In this document: positions 49,715 to 61,296 of the stretch, one piece after another
Numbering within the stretch: position 1 is the stretch's first letter
How the letters are laid out: every line of letters starts with the position of its first letter
Source: Entomortierella parvispora E1425
Taxonomy: Eukaryota; Fungi; Mortierellomycota
Length of the DNA: 64,000 nucleotides
Direction of reading: 5' to 3'
Assembly (NCBI GenBank): GCA_020891255.1
Contig: BQFW01000001.1
Span: 1,550,001-1,614,000 of the forward strand
Translations under genes and position numbers: made by a program
The notes under the pieces: generated by a model
Database searches by the model: none
What the model was told of the DNA's origin: nothing
What the model saw: only the letters and a program-made list of their open reading frames with translations

Positions 49715-52700
49715 ATGCTGCAAGGACGCAAGAAGGAGCCAGATTCGGGGTTCACGCTCGTCTGCGGACATTTGTCCAGTCGTGTGCGACTCTTCCCTGG
49801 TCCGCTCCAGAACCTGAATGACCACGACCGCGAACGCGAAGAGCACATTTCAAAGCAGCGCAACAATGACATCGAAAACAGAAAACAAGGACCGAAATCC
49901 ACAGATGAAGACAATCGAGGTGATGATGCCGTAACTGATTCAACTTTTCTGTCAAATTATGAAAATGACCGAGAAGCATTTTCAAGACTCGAGCTACTGC
50001 AGCAGCAGACCTTGCATAACCAGGGCGCTCCTCTTGCTACAGATCTGTCCATTATCGGTTTCATGCGTCTGGACGCCGTTCAAGCACCCCCCGTCATCTC
50101 CCGCCACTGGATTACTCTGGATTATCCTGCTCGTGGGTCTGATATTGATGCCAACGCCATCAAAGATGAGATCGTGGAAGAAGGAGGCGTCGATATGCCA
50201 AAGTCCGAAGGAGAAGATTTGCACCACCAGCAGCAACATTACCAACAAGCACTCCAGTCAGTCCCGAACGCCAATACCAATAGTGCATTTCAAATGCGCC
50301 AGCAACATCACCAACAACAACACCAGCAGTTTCAGCCCAACTTCAATGGACACCAACAGGGCATGCGTAACTTGCCCAATATGCCTCCCACTAGTTCAAA
50401 ACCCTCGCACTTCTACCAAGGTGGTGGGTCTACAGGAGGCCCCAACCATGAGCCACAAGGACCTTTGGCGCAACAATCAAGATCTGCAGGAAAGAAAACG
50501 GACCAGGGGTTAGAGACGTGGCCTCAGGATACAACTCCAACCCAGAATCTCTATTCAACTCTATCGAAAGCATTGGAGCAGGAGTCGATGGTCGCGATCG
50601 TCTCTCTTCAGTACCCAGACAAGAATGCCGTCCGGTTACGACGATGGAGACATGCCCAGGAGGAATCTGCACAGCGCGTTGGCACTGCAGCAACAAAGGC
50701 GAATCTTTCAGGAGCCTTGGCCAAAAGAATGACCCATTCACAGGGCAATTCCCCAAATCCAGGGAGTTCTCAGGATGCGATAGGAATGGGTTTGAATGTT
50801 GGGTCAAGCCCCAGCTTTGGGGCGAGTGGGTTGGCCATGGCAGGATCATCTCTTTCTGGAGGAAGCATGCCCAAAGACGATCATGGCTCGGCGCTCTCGA
50901 TGGCATCCCTTTCCGTCGCAGGCGAATCTGATCGCGAATGGTACGGTTTGTTGTTAACAGCCCCTCATTTTCTATCGAGCGCATTTCACTCTGCACCGGT
51001 TCACATGAAACAAAGTCAAGGTAACATATCTGCTCAAAGGCTCAATTTTGCGAAAGTATTTATGGCAAGATTCTAATGTCATGTTTTCGATGGTTACATC
51101 AGGGCATGGGTCTGCCAAAGAACGCTCTGGGCAATTTGTGCTTCTTGTCCTGCCTCGAAGCAGCAATGGAATTCATCCACCATGGATGCCAGATATGAAC
51201 CATGAGGTGCCCCAGTTCAAACTCAGGGGAACGCACGGTCCTTCAACGCGATCGCTTTTCGCACGCTCTTCAAAAGAAAGCAGACGATCTAAAAACGAAA
51301 CACCGGGTCTAGCTGGAGGTCTGAAGGGAGCCACTTTTGCCCAAGGAATGGAGCACTTTGGACGAGCGAAATCACTTTTGCGAGAGATCAGAGCCGACTT
51401 GTCTCTGCTGTGCGGCACTGACCCAACCAGCGGTCACCCATTTTCGTGGGATAAGAAGACTGAGAAGAGAATCCGACACAGGTGAGGAACGAGCAGGCAC
51501 TCTTCCCATTTCTGCATGTTAATTGCGACGGCTCCTAACGATAATGCCTGCTATACTTAATAGCGTCAAATACCTGAAGAACATTGAGGCGGTGTATGGT
51601 TATAGCAGCGGAATCGATAATGCCTCTAAGATGATGGACCGCTCACTCAGGTACAGGAAACGCATGACGGTGATGCTGTTTGAGACTATTTATCCATTCC
51701 TTCGTACTAATGCCTTCTTATATATGTTGTTGTAGCATTTTGGATCGTAACTCTCTCACTTACAAAAACCTATCGTCCCTCATTCATCGACTCCAAAGGT
51801 CTGAAGATGAGGAGAATGAAATTGAGAGCAGAAGTGATTCGGAGAGTTCATCCGTTGCAGGCAGCACAAGCAGGGGTCCTTCTGTCGCCACTCCAATCTT
51901 ATTGAAGGAGATAAAACCGTCCAAAGATATAAAGGAGTCTCGATCCACAGTCAAAAGAGAGCGAGAAGACAAAAGCCCTCTTCAAGAAGAAACCACCGAG
52001 CGGATACGTCGCGTTAAGGTCGAATCCACCGATACGACTTTTGGGTCCTCGGGTGAAGAAAGATCCTCTGATGAACCGCCACCATTCTTTGGGCAAACGA
52101 CTTCATCAGCAAGTATTGATGTTGCAGCGACTCCTGTTACTGGAACAGGAGCTGTCTCTAGCATGCTACCGCCAAAAGGAGAGGACTTGGATATGGACGA
52201 AGAAGATATCGAGGAGCAGGATATGGTCATGGAGCAGTCGTCTGTGCCGATCGCCCGTCGAGCCCGCGCCATCGCCGCTGAGCAGCTTTCGCAACAGGAA
52301 CATCCCGTCAAAGCTGATGTCGATAATACTCCCTCCAGACCAAGGGTCCAAAGTCCAGGCGTTGCGCCTCAAAAGCGGAGGCGTGAACTCCGTGACGATG
52401 GAAGCGATGATGCTTTCTCTGTAGAAGGATCGCCAAGAGTGGGCTCGGTTCCTCCTGAAGTGGTTGTCACTGCAGCCTCAGCTGCTGAACCTTCAACGTC
52501 ATCAGCCCTGACCACAAGTATCGAGCAAATAGAAGAAGAACGATCTATTTCTCCCCTGCCCTCCCCAGACTCCTCTACTTCCACCAAAAAATCGACGGCA
52601 CCAAAGAGATCCAAGAGAGTCAAGGTTGAGCCCCCCATGTCTGCTCTTCGAGTGGACGGGCAGTCTGATCCTAGCCATGAGCCTATATCTGAGGGTGACG

Positions 52701-53782
52701 AGGGCGAGGATATTGAGGAGAGCTCAGGGCGAGTCAGACTAGATCTGCATTCGACGTCGGCTCCAGATGCAGTTGCGGCAACCTCATCATCCTCATCGCC
52801 GACTCCTCTCACAAGCACCAGAAAGCCCAGAGGAAAAAAGCAGGCGACCTCGCAAGAGACTTTTGTTCAGCATCTACAGCCAGAACCTCAGCGTCCTCTA
52901 CCGCAGCCTACCTTTTCCAATCAACATCAAAGAACGCCTTCTGGCACCCCTGCCTGGCTTGCAGCCAATTCCAGTAGCAACGGAATTCTTGCAAACATAA
53001 GAGTACCCAGTCGTAGTAAGAAAGCAGCTGTACTTGCCCAGCACCAGCAAGAGCAACTCCAACAGGAACATCTCCAGCAGGAGCAACTTCAGCAGGAGCA
53101 ACTTCAGCAGGAACAACTTCAGCAGGGGCAACTTCAGCAGGAGCAACTTCGCCAAGAGCACCTTCACCAAGAGCAACTTCACCAAGAGCAGCTTCATCAA
53201 GAGCGACTTCACCAAGAGCAACTTCACCAAGAGCAGCTTCACCAAGAGAGACTCCACCAAGAACAGGTCCAACAAGAGCTTCGGCTCCAGCAGCAACGAC
53301 GGTTGCATCAACATCAAGAAGAAGCCCTACAGAAGCAACAGCAGCAGCAACAACTACAGCCGCAAAAACCCAAGCGCCAAACACCGGCGCAACAGCAGCC
53401 TACTCATCAACAGCAACAACAATACCAGCAGGGTCAGCAAGCTGGGTTTTATAGTGAGAGCCAAGGTATCATTACTGAGAGAGAGGCCAACGCAAGCTAC
53501 GTCCAGCATAGTCAAGGTCCTCCATCGCATTTAAGAAATAGCTCGATATCTTCATCTGCGGCTCCACCAGATCTTCAATCGAGACGTGGACAGTTTGAAG
53601 GCGCTCATGACACCGGAGTTCCTCCGTCGCGGAGTTCAAGAGAGTCATCCACTAGAGGCCGCCGGAATCTTGCTGATAGACCTGACTTGGATCGTCAAGA
53701 CATGGACCCTCGTCAACAGCGACTTCAGGTGGATTATGAACAGCAAGAATACCAGCAGTATCTGCAACAGCATCAGCAGCAA

Positions 53783-53814
<32 letters not shown>

Positions 53815-54184
53815 CCCTCCGTATCAGCAACAGACTGAAAAAACCCCTTCGCGTGAGCGTCTTGCGCACCAAGGCCAACATTCTGTCCCAGCACATTATG
53901 GGGCTGAGCCCCCTTCGTCAGCGCATGGTCCAATTGACCGGGATGGGCCCCATTATCTCCAACGCGAACCTTCACACTTGCAACAGTTCTATCCAACTCC
54001 TCAAGAAATGATGGCACAGGAAATGGCCGCGGCATCCAAGAAGAAGGCACCAAAAGCACCTTCAAAGCAGGCCCTGGCTAAACAAGCAGCAGCGCAAGCG
54101 AAGGCTGAGGAGGAGGCACAGATGCAAGCTCAGTATGAACAACAATACATGCGTCAGCAGCAGCATCAACAGCATCAACAGCAT

Positions 54185-54219
<35 letters not shown>

Positions 54220-55432
54220 ACATCGTGCAGGTACCCATGTCCGCCAACATTCCGGACAGGCATCTCCGATGACTCCACAACTGGGCCACCCTCCATCTGG
54301 GGCATCTTCAGGTCGCCGCTCGGCACCGCACTCTCGCAATAACTCTGCTAGTGGAAACCAGGTGATGATGGTGATGAACCCCATTTCGAACCCACAGTCC
54401 GTGCCAATGGATCACTCGAGGATGGGAAGCCCAGGTACAGGCGGTGCGGGACAGGTATATCACCACCCTCCCCCACAAGCACACAGCAGGAGCCGAGGAT
54501 CGTCGCCCTCCCCGCTTGGAGCTGGATACAGCAGTGCGCCTTCGCGAAGCCCAATGCCGATCTCTGCACCAATGATGCCAAATCAAAGGATGGGAACACA
54601 CTCTCGGAACTCTTCCTTTTCCCACGAACAAGCTCCACTTGCGAGAGGTCCTATTATGGATCCTTACACGACCCAGGCTGGTGGACAAGGAGAATATATG
54701 CCACCTTCTCAGCAACAACCGGTCCATCAAGGACGTGGTGGAATGGAGCCCTCCATGGTTCCCCATCACCCTCCTCAATTGCAACACCAGCCGCACCCAC
54801 GGCATTCTCAAGATATAGGGTCTGCATATGGTCATCGGCCTTCTCATTCTCAGGATCTTGGAGGTGTGCCTGTGCAGCCTCCACCGAGGATGAATAACAG
54901 ATCTCCATCCGAAGCCTACAAAGGACATCATAGCCACTCACCCTCCCAGTCATCTCAGTTCCAATCCCAGGTTCGCCATCCTGGTCCACCTTCTCACAGC
55001 CCTATACCAGTGGAAACGCAACGTGGGAAAGGCTCCCGACAGGACCTTCAACAGCAGCAATGGTATCAGGAGGAAACGCAGCATCCGCAACGGCAAGGCT
55101 ACCCGCCTCCCCAACAGCCCCAGCACCAGCATCAGGGGTACTCCCAGCCTTATCCGCCACAATCCGGGCAGTCTTATCCTTCAGGATCTAGTCAGCATCA
55201 GCAACAACAGGGATATCCACCAGGCGGTCAACCAATGTATCCTCAAGAGGGAAGATACCCACCCTCGTCGAGCCAGCTGCAACATCGAGGCCCCTTGCCG
55301 CCGATGCCAGGCCAACATGATCCGAATGCCCCACCAGGGCCTGGCCAGAGTCAGGGCCAGGGGTCAGGACAAGGCCAGCAAGGCAGTGGAGGTAATCGAT
55401 CTAGGATCTCTCTCAGCTCGCTTCTAAACTAA
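49715..55432 (+). CDS. INTS14-like (Integrator subunit 14 C-terminal region) protein without the VWA domain, fused to a ~1200-aa Q/P/S-rich tail
   Basis: FTLVCGHLSSRVRLFPGP, IIGFMRLDAVQAPPVISRH, ESMVAIVSL, EWYGLLL and SNVMFSM are collinear with remembered INTS14 motifs. Introns 51021-51069, 51482-51563 and 51651-51735 join all ORFs in frame. Confidence 0.65.
53050..53280 (+). repeat. 15-bp coding repeat (QEQLQ/QEQLH/QERLH)n
   Basis: Visible in the DNA and in the translated ORF 51680-55432. Confidence 0.9.
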
Positions 55433-55715
55433 GAGCGCTACCTCTGCACCTTGAACGTAGAGAGATACGCCAATAGACAGAAAGGGCCAATAAAATAGCT
55501 TTTTACATGCAGATTCAAATCGAGACTGGGAGTGGCTCGGCCCCTACCTGTCTCTGTTCACCCAGGGGGTGGGAAGGGAACATTGATGCGCCATCGAATT
55601 CCATCGTCCATCTGCTTTCTTCTCTTTTTCCTTCATCTCCATCTCATTCCCTCCCCCTCATCCACCCCTGCCTCTCCATCCCCCTTTTCCCGGACAGACA
55701 GACAGACAGACTCAG

Positions 55716-57459
55716 ATGAGAGCATCCATCCTCCTCTCGACCCTGGCCATGGCCCTGGTGGCCAGCGCCACCTCCCTGACCGGACCCCGCACCTTGGTTC
55801 TCCTCGATAACTTGGACGACGCCGATGCGTACATGGACCTGTGGGATGATCTTCAGAGTATGATTATGGCTTCATCTCGGACAGGATGATGCTCATCTAG
55901 AATGACCACCATCTGGATTGTAAAAAACGCGTCTTCCTCTGACATTTTACGGCTAAATTCATCATCTTTTGACATATAGGTCGTCAGTTCAATGTCACTC
56001 TTCACGACGTCAAGACACCCGTGTCGTTGAGCAAGTACGATCAGCGCCTGTTCGATCACCTTCTCATCCTCGCCCCCAAGATGACTGGTATGTTTCCCTC
56101 TCGTAAGAAATGAAAGCCTGGAAGATCTTGGCAGATATTAACACTCCCTCGATGTGTGTCTTCGTTAACAGCTTACCCCACTGGCATGAACGCCAAGTCT
56201 GTCGTTGGGTTTGTGGCCGAGGGTGGCAATGTGCTTGTGGCGGCTTCCTCAGAGCTTGGAAACACTATCCGTGAATTGTCGCGCGAGTTTGACGTTGAGT
56301 TTGACAACCGCTACACCACCGTTTACGATCACTTCAACTATGATCAGGACCTCGGCAAGGACCGTCATGACACCGTTGTGGTCAACACGGGCACTCACCT
56401 GTCGACTGTGGATGCCATTGTGCCTCAGAAGGATATTCCTGGACCCATCTTGTTCCGCGGTATCGCCCATTCGATTAACCCATCCAACTCGCTCTTGACC
56501 AAGGTCCTGTGGGCCCCTCAGGAGGCTTACTCGTGGGAGACTCAGGACGGTGACAATGAATCAGCCAACCAGGACCCCTCTGTTAGCGGCAAGGACATCA
56601 GCTTGGTCTCCGTCATGCAGGCCCGTAACAATGCCCGCATCGCGTTCTTGGGAAGCACAGACATGTTGACAGATAGATACTTCAGTGCCCCCGCCAAGAA
56701 GCACGGAGAGAAGATGTAAGTCCTACGAATAACTTGTTCTCGATTGATGGGTGTTGATGTCGGCATGGAATGACTTGGACTGTATGTCATTAACACCTTT
56801 ATGTTGATGGCTGAATGCTTTAGCTCTCCCTCTGGAAACCGCAAGTTTATTGAGGAATTGACCAAGTGGACCTTCCAGGAGAAGGGCGCTTTGGATGTTG
56901 TTGCTGTTCAGCACCACAAGGTTGGCGAGGAAGAGGCACCCGCTCATTACCGTATCAAGGATACCATGGTAGGTCATTGGGATCTAAAACAAAAGGGACA
57001 AAGGCAAACGTTAACATTTCGATTTTTTTTCCTTTCCTATAACAGACCTACACGATCTCCCTTGCAGAGTATCACGATGGTGAATGGCACCCCTTCTCTG
57101 CGGACGATGTTCAGTTGGAGTTGATCATGTTGGATCCCTATGTGCGCAAGACTCTGGAGCAGGTTCCTTTGGATGATCAGAGCACTGTGGGCACCTTCAC
57201 AACAACTCTCCAATTGCCCGATCAATACGGCGTGTTCAAGTTTGCGGTCAACTACAAGCGTCCTGGTTTGACGTATGTGGAGAGCGTGACGACTGTGGGC
57301 ATCCACCCCTTCCGCCACGATCAATACCCTCGCTTCATCTCGCAGGCCAAGCCGTACTACACCAGCGCGGCCAGCATGGGCGTGGGTCTGTTGATCTTTT
57401 CGTTTGTGTACCTCTGGGGTGGTCTCGAGTCGACAGTGAAGACGACCAAGAAGGCGTAA
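55716..57459 (+). CDS. WBP1: Oligosaccharyltransferase subunit Wbp1/OST48
   Basis: Signal peptide, RTLVLLD, GGNVLVAAS, QARNNARIAFLGSTDMLTD, VQLELIMLDPYVR, LPDQYGVFKFAVNYKRPG, HPFRHDQYPRFI, TM plus C-terminal KKA. Confidence 0.95.
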
Positions 57460-57714
57460 CGAAGACCATGTCTGTAAGACAAGAGGGAGACCTCTATATC
57501 CTATATAAGGACCATACAGTTTTCATGAGTACATGTTTTGAAATCGCCACAAAACATCGAATAAAAATGATACAGGGACAAAACCTAGTTTATTTTCTTC
57601 CCATAGTCGAATACAACTATCCTGTAGATTTTGAGGGGGTAACTGTTTCTGGTCCTGGAGAAAATGGCGAAAAGAAAAAAAGGAGACATTTTTCGGTTTC
57701 CCGGATTGGACTCA

Positions 57715-60678
57715 ACGGACTCAAGCACTGCAGCAAGCATTTCCCCTACAGCTTGAAGGAGCAGACTTCGATCAATGGCAAAGATTACCCCGAGTATCGA
57801 AGGAGAGATATGCCCGAGCGGCGATTCGTCGGGAGCCGCAATTGGATTTTGGACAATACCTGGATTGTTCCACACAATCTATGGCTGGCTACAAAGTATA
57901 ATGCTCACATCAACGTCGAGGTCTGTTCGTCTGTCGTTGCCGTCAAGTATTTGTTCAAGTACGTTTACAAGGGCCACGACAAAACAACAATGAACGTCCA
58001 TGAAGCAGTCGCCCGTCGCCGTGCTGCTGCCGCTGCCGCTGCTGCTGCGATTGCAGCCCGTGATCAAGCACAAGCACAGGCCCAAGAACAGCCACCCCAA
58101 GAACAGCCACCCCAAGAACAACCGCCCCAAGAACAACCGCCCCGAGAACAACCGCCCCAAGAACAGCCCCAAGTACAGGATCCCAATGCCGCCAATGACC
58201 CCGCAGTTCCTGATGCAGCTCCGAGAAGGGCCGGTAAAACCGTCAATGAACCCGATGATTATTTGGACTCGAGATATGTTTCTGCTTGCGAAGCCCTTTG
58301 GAGGATCTTCAAGTTCAAGCTGCATGGACGCTCTCCCGCCGTCATCAGGCTCCAGGTTCACTTGGAAGAGGAGCAAACTGTCACTTACAATGATGAGGAT
58401 GATTTGCAGCACGTCGTGGATGTTGCAAAGGACAGCGCTCTGATGGCTTGGATGAAGCTGAATGAAGCGGATCCAGAGGCCCGAGCATTTACCTACCCCG
58501 AGATCCCTCTTCATTATGTATGGAGGCGCCGCCGTTGGATAAAAAGAAGATACAAGCGAAAGGTCATCACCCGCATGTACTTTGTACACCCAAAAGACAA
58601 GGAGCGCTTTTGTCTTCGTCTCTTGCTCTTGACCGCCAAAGGCGCAACCAGCTTTGAAGAACTCCGGACCACCCCTCATCGAGACAACCCTGACAGACAG
58701 GTGGTCCATGAGACCTTTAAACAGGCTGCCTTGGCCCTCGGTCTGCTCGAAAGTGACAATGAATGGTACGACCTCCTTCGAGAAGCTGCCCATGATCGAC
58801 TGCCCGGCGAACTGCGACGTCTCTTTGCCTGGGTTTTGACTCAGTGTAACCCTTCTGACCCCTTGATGTTGTGGCAAGAATTTGCTGACGACTTGGCCCT
58901 GGATTATCTTCGGGGTATTTGCCGCCGCAGGGAGACCCGTGAAAGAGAACAACATGATCCTTACGCCGCCGTCCAACCCACTCCTTTGAATCAAGACCAA
59001 GTGGATGCCCAGGAGAGACAGGACAAGGTGGATTCCAGAAATGCTGCTCTTGCGGATCTTCACAGGATCTTGATTGAGATGAGCGTTGGCCATGGTCTTG
59101 GCGAATTTGGAGAGTTGTACGCCCAGTTCACCGGAGACGACCTTGAGCAAATCATTGGACTCTATGAGGCAGAGGCACCGGAACAGGAACACGAACCACA
59201 AGAGCCGCTTCCTCTCAATCAAGGACAGCGCCAGGCTTTCGACACAATCATCCAGGCTGTTCAGCGCCAGGATGTGCAAGGAAACCTGTTCTTTGTCGAC
59301 GTTCCAGGCGGGACAGGAAAGTCATTTCTCTACAATCGTCTCATTGCCCATTTCCTCGACCACCAGCAAGACGTCATTCCTGTTGCCTCTGCTGGGATCG
59401 CCGCCTTGGTTTTGACTGGAGGCCGCACTGCACATTCCACCTTCAACATCCCAATCAACATTCACGATGAGAGTACCTGCCATATCCCCTATGGCTGCGC
59501 GCTGGCCGAGAGGATTCGCAACGCTTCTCTCATTATTTGGGATGAGGCCCCAATGTCGCACAAGAATATTTTCAGAGCCGTGGACAAAGGTCAATTCCCC
59601 TTTCGGAGGCAGCGTTGTTGTCTTTGGGGGCGACTTTCGTCAAGTCCCCCCTATCATCCAGCGTGGGACCCAAGGTCAGATCGAGAATGGCAGTCTTCGC
59701 TTTGCTTCCTTATGGCCCGATGTCCAAGTCTTGCGGCTCACCGAGAACATGCGAGCTGGACAGAATCCCGAGAACGCTGATTTCTGCCAGTTTCTCCTTC
59801 GCGTTGGAGAGGGAAGGGAGCCATCCATCCTGCAAGATCCTCCTCGCAGTACGATCCGGATCCTTGATCGTTTCATTTTTCGTCCCATTGCACCTGACGA
59901 TCCAAACCTGACTCTCCATGCCGAGAAACAGTTTATCAGGACTCTCTACCCAGGAATGGCAGGACGCCTTTCAACAGCCCAAGGTCTTCAAGCTCCCGAA
60001 ATTCTTGAATTCTTTGCCCAGCGTGCATTGCTCACCCCACTCAATGCCAACGTTGACCTTCTCAACTCTCTTGCAACAGAAATGATTCCTGGAGATGCAA
60101 TCATCTACAATGCAAGAGACTGTATCCCCAAAGACGAGTCGCCTGATGCAGGACAATACCCGCCAGAATTTCTCAACTCTATGAATCCTTCTGGCCTGCC
60201 TCCTTTCAAGCTGGAACTGAAGGTTGGTCAGCCTATCATCCTTCTTAGGAATATTAACCCTGCAAAAGTTTTGTGCAACGGAACCCGTCTCATTGTTTTA
60301 CGCCTGGGACAAAGGTTTATCGATGCAAAGGTCATGCATGGTGTTAACAAGGGGCATCGCATTTTAATCCCACGCACTCCAATCACAAATTCGGAGAACG
60401 ACCTATCCTTTCCCATCCTCTTTCGCAGAACACAATTTCCCGTTAAACCTGCTTTTACTATGAGTATCAACAAGGCTCAGGGCCAGACCCTTGACCGTGT
60501 TGGATTGTATCTTCCTCAGCCAGTGTTTGGCCATGGTCAACTCTATGTTGCTCTATCCCGTTGTACTTCACCTCAAAACATGAAGGTCCTCATTGAGAAT
60601 GGCTCGCAAGAGGGCCACGAGGGCACCTATACCCACAACATAGTATACAAAAGATTATTACTAGATCAACATGTCTAA
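57715..60678 (+). pseudogene. Helitron Rep-PIF1 helicase, 5'-truncated and frameshifted
   Basis: YPEYRRR, DNTWIVPHN, YNAHINVEVC, KYLFKYVYKGHD, PGGTGKS, IIWDEAPM, GGDFRQ, SINKAQGQT, GQLYVALSR. The N-terminal HUH part is absent, and a deletion/frameshift at ~59590 (VDK|VNSPFGG) splits the ORF. Confidence 0.9.
58083..58172 (+). repeat. 15-bp repeat x6 (QEQPP) preceded by poly-Ala inside Rep-Hel
   Basis: Visible in the sequence. Confidence 0.9.
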
Positions 60679-60722
60679 TTGCAATAAAAGTTTTCTATTT
60701 TTTTCTTTTTAAAACAATGCGC

Positions 60723-60935
60723 GAGGGCGCCAGCCCGAGCAACAACTCTTTCTCACTTTGAGGGTGAGGGCGCCAGCCCGAGCAATGACTCTTTCTCACT
60801 GTGGGGTTGAGGGCGCCAGCCCGAGCAGCAACTCCTTCTCACTTTGGGGGTGAGGGCGCCAGCCCGAGCAATATCTCTTCTCACTTTGAGGGTGAGGGCT
60901 CGCGCGGTGACTTGCGCGTGAGGGCGTCAGCCCGA
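60723..60935 (+). repeat. Helitron subterminal minisatellite, ~43-bp unit x4 plus a partial copy
   Basis: gagggcgccagcccgagca..ct(c)ttctcact(t/g)tg(a/g)ggg(t) is repeated. Confidence 0.92.
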
Positions 60936-61142
60936 ACCCGATGCCCATATTCGAGGGGACATTCGGCAGGACCAAAAAAAAAAAAAGGTCCGACAACCCA
61001 GGTGAAATTATTTTGACCACCGACTATACTGGCTTTTATTCAACCTCCTTTTGATCCCGCAACGCTTCTCTCCCCTCCACCTCGCCCTTTATCCCCAGAT
61101 CTTCTGACACCACACCCGGGGCAGGCCCTGGGAATCTTCTAG

Positions 61143-61296
61143 TGATTTACCTATTCAAAGTACAGTGGCAGGCACCTATTCCCAACAGTCCAAGAGTCAG
61201 TGAAAACGAACCGTCAACAAATTAACAGATCACATGATACGACGCGCGACATTCAGTACCGTAAAAAAATATGGCTTGAAGTCATTCTTCAAGCAT
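61143..61296 (-). ncRNA. Candidate Fanzor omegaRNA (scaffold ~61296-61163, putative guide 61162-61143)
   Basis: Lies immediately 3' of the Fanzor ORF. Perfect 8-bp hairpin GCTTGAAG-AATGA-CTTCAAGC over the stop codon; candidate TA|CAGTGG element end at 61163. Boundaries are inferred only. Confidence 0.35.

Larger units (their letters stand above)
57499..61142 (+). mobile_element. Helitron, internally deleted/non-autonomous, both termini present
   Basis: 5' end A|TCCTATATAAGG at 57499. 3' end: hairpin CCCGGGGC-AG-GCCCTGGG (61115-61132), 6 nt, then CTAG|T (61139-61142). AT target site, no TSD. Encodes Rep-Hel remnants. Confidence 0.85.

Noticed and set aside
57468-57714. ORF-track start of Rep-Hel at 57468
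   Set aside because: It begins outside the Helitron 5' end and shows no Rep similarity until ~57715.
60723-60935. Helitron minisatellite as a CRISPR-like guide array for the Fanzor
   Set aside because: The variable parts are only a few nt and mutually similar, and the array lies inside the Helitron termini.
61139-61142. CTAG as the 3' end of a minus-strand Helitron containing the Fanzor
   Set aside because: CTAG is palindromic, but the hairpin and the following T occur only in the plus orientation.
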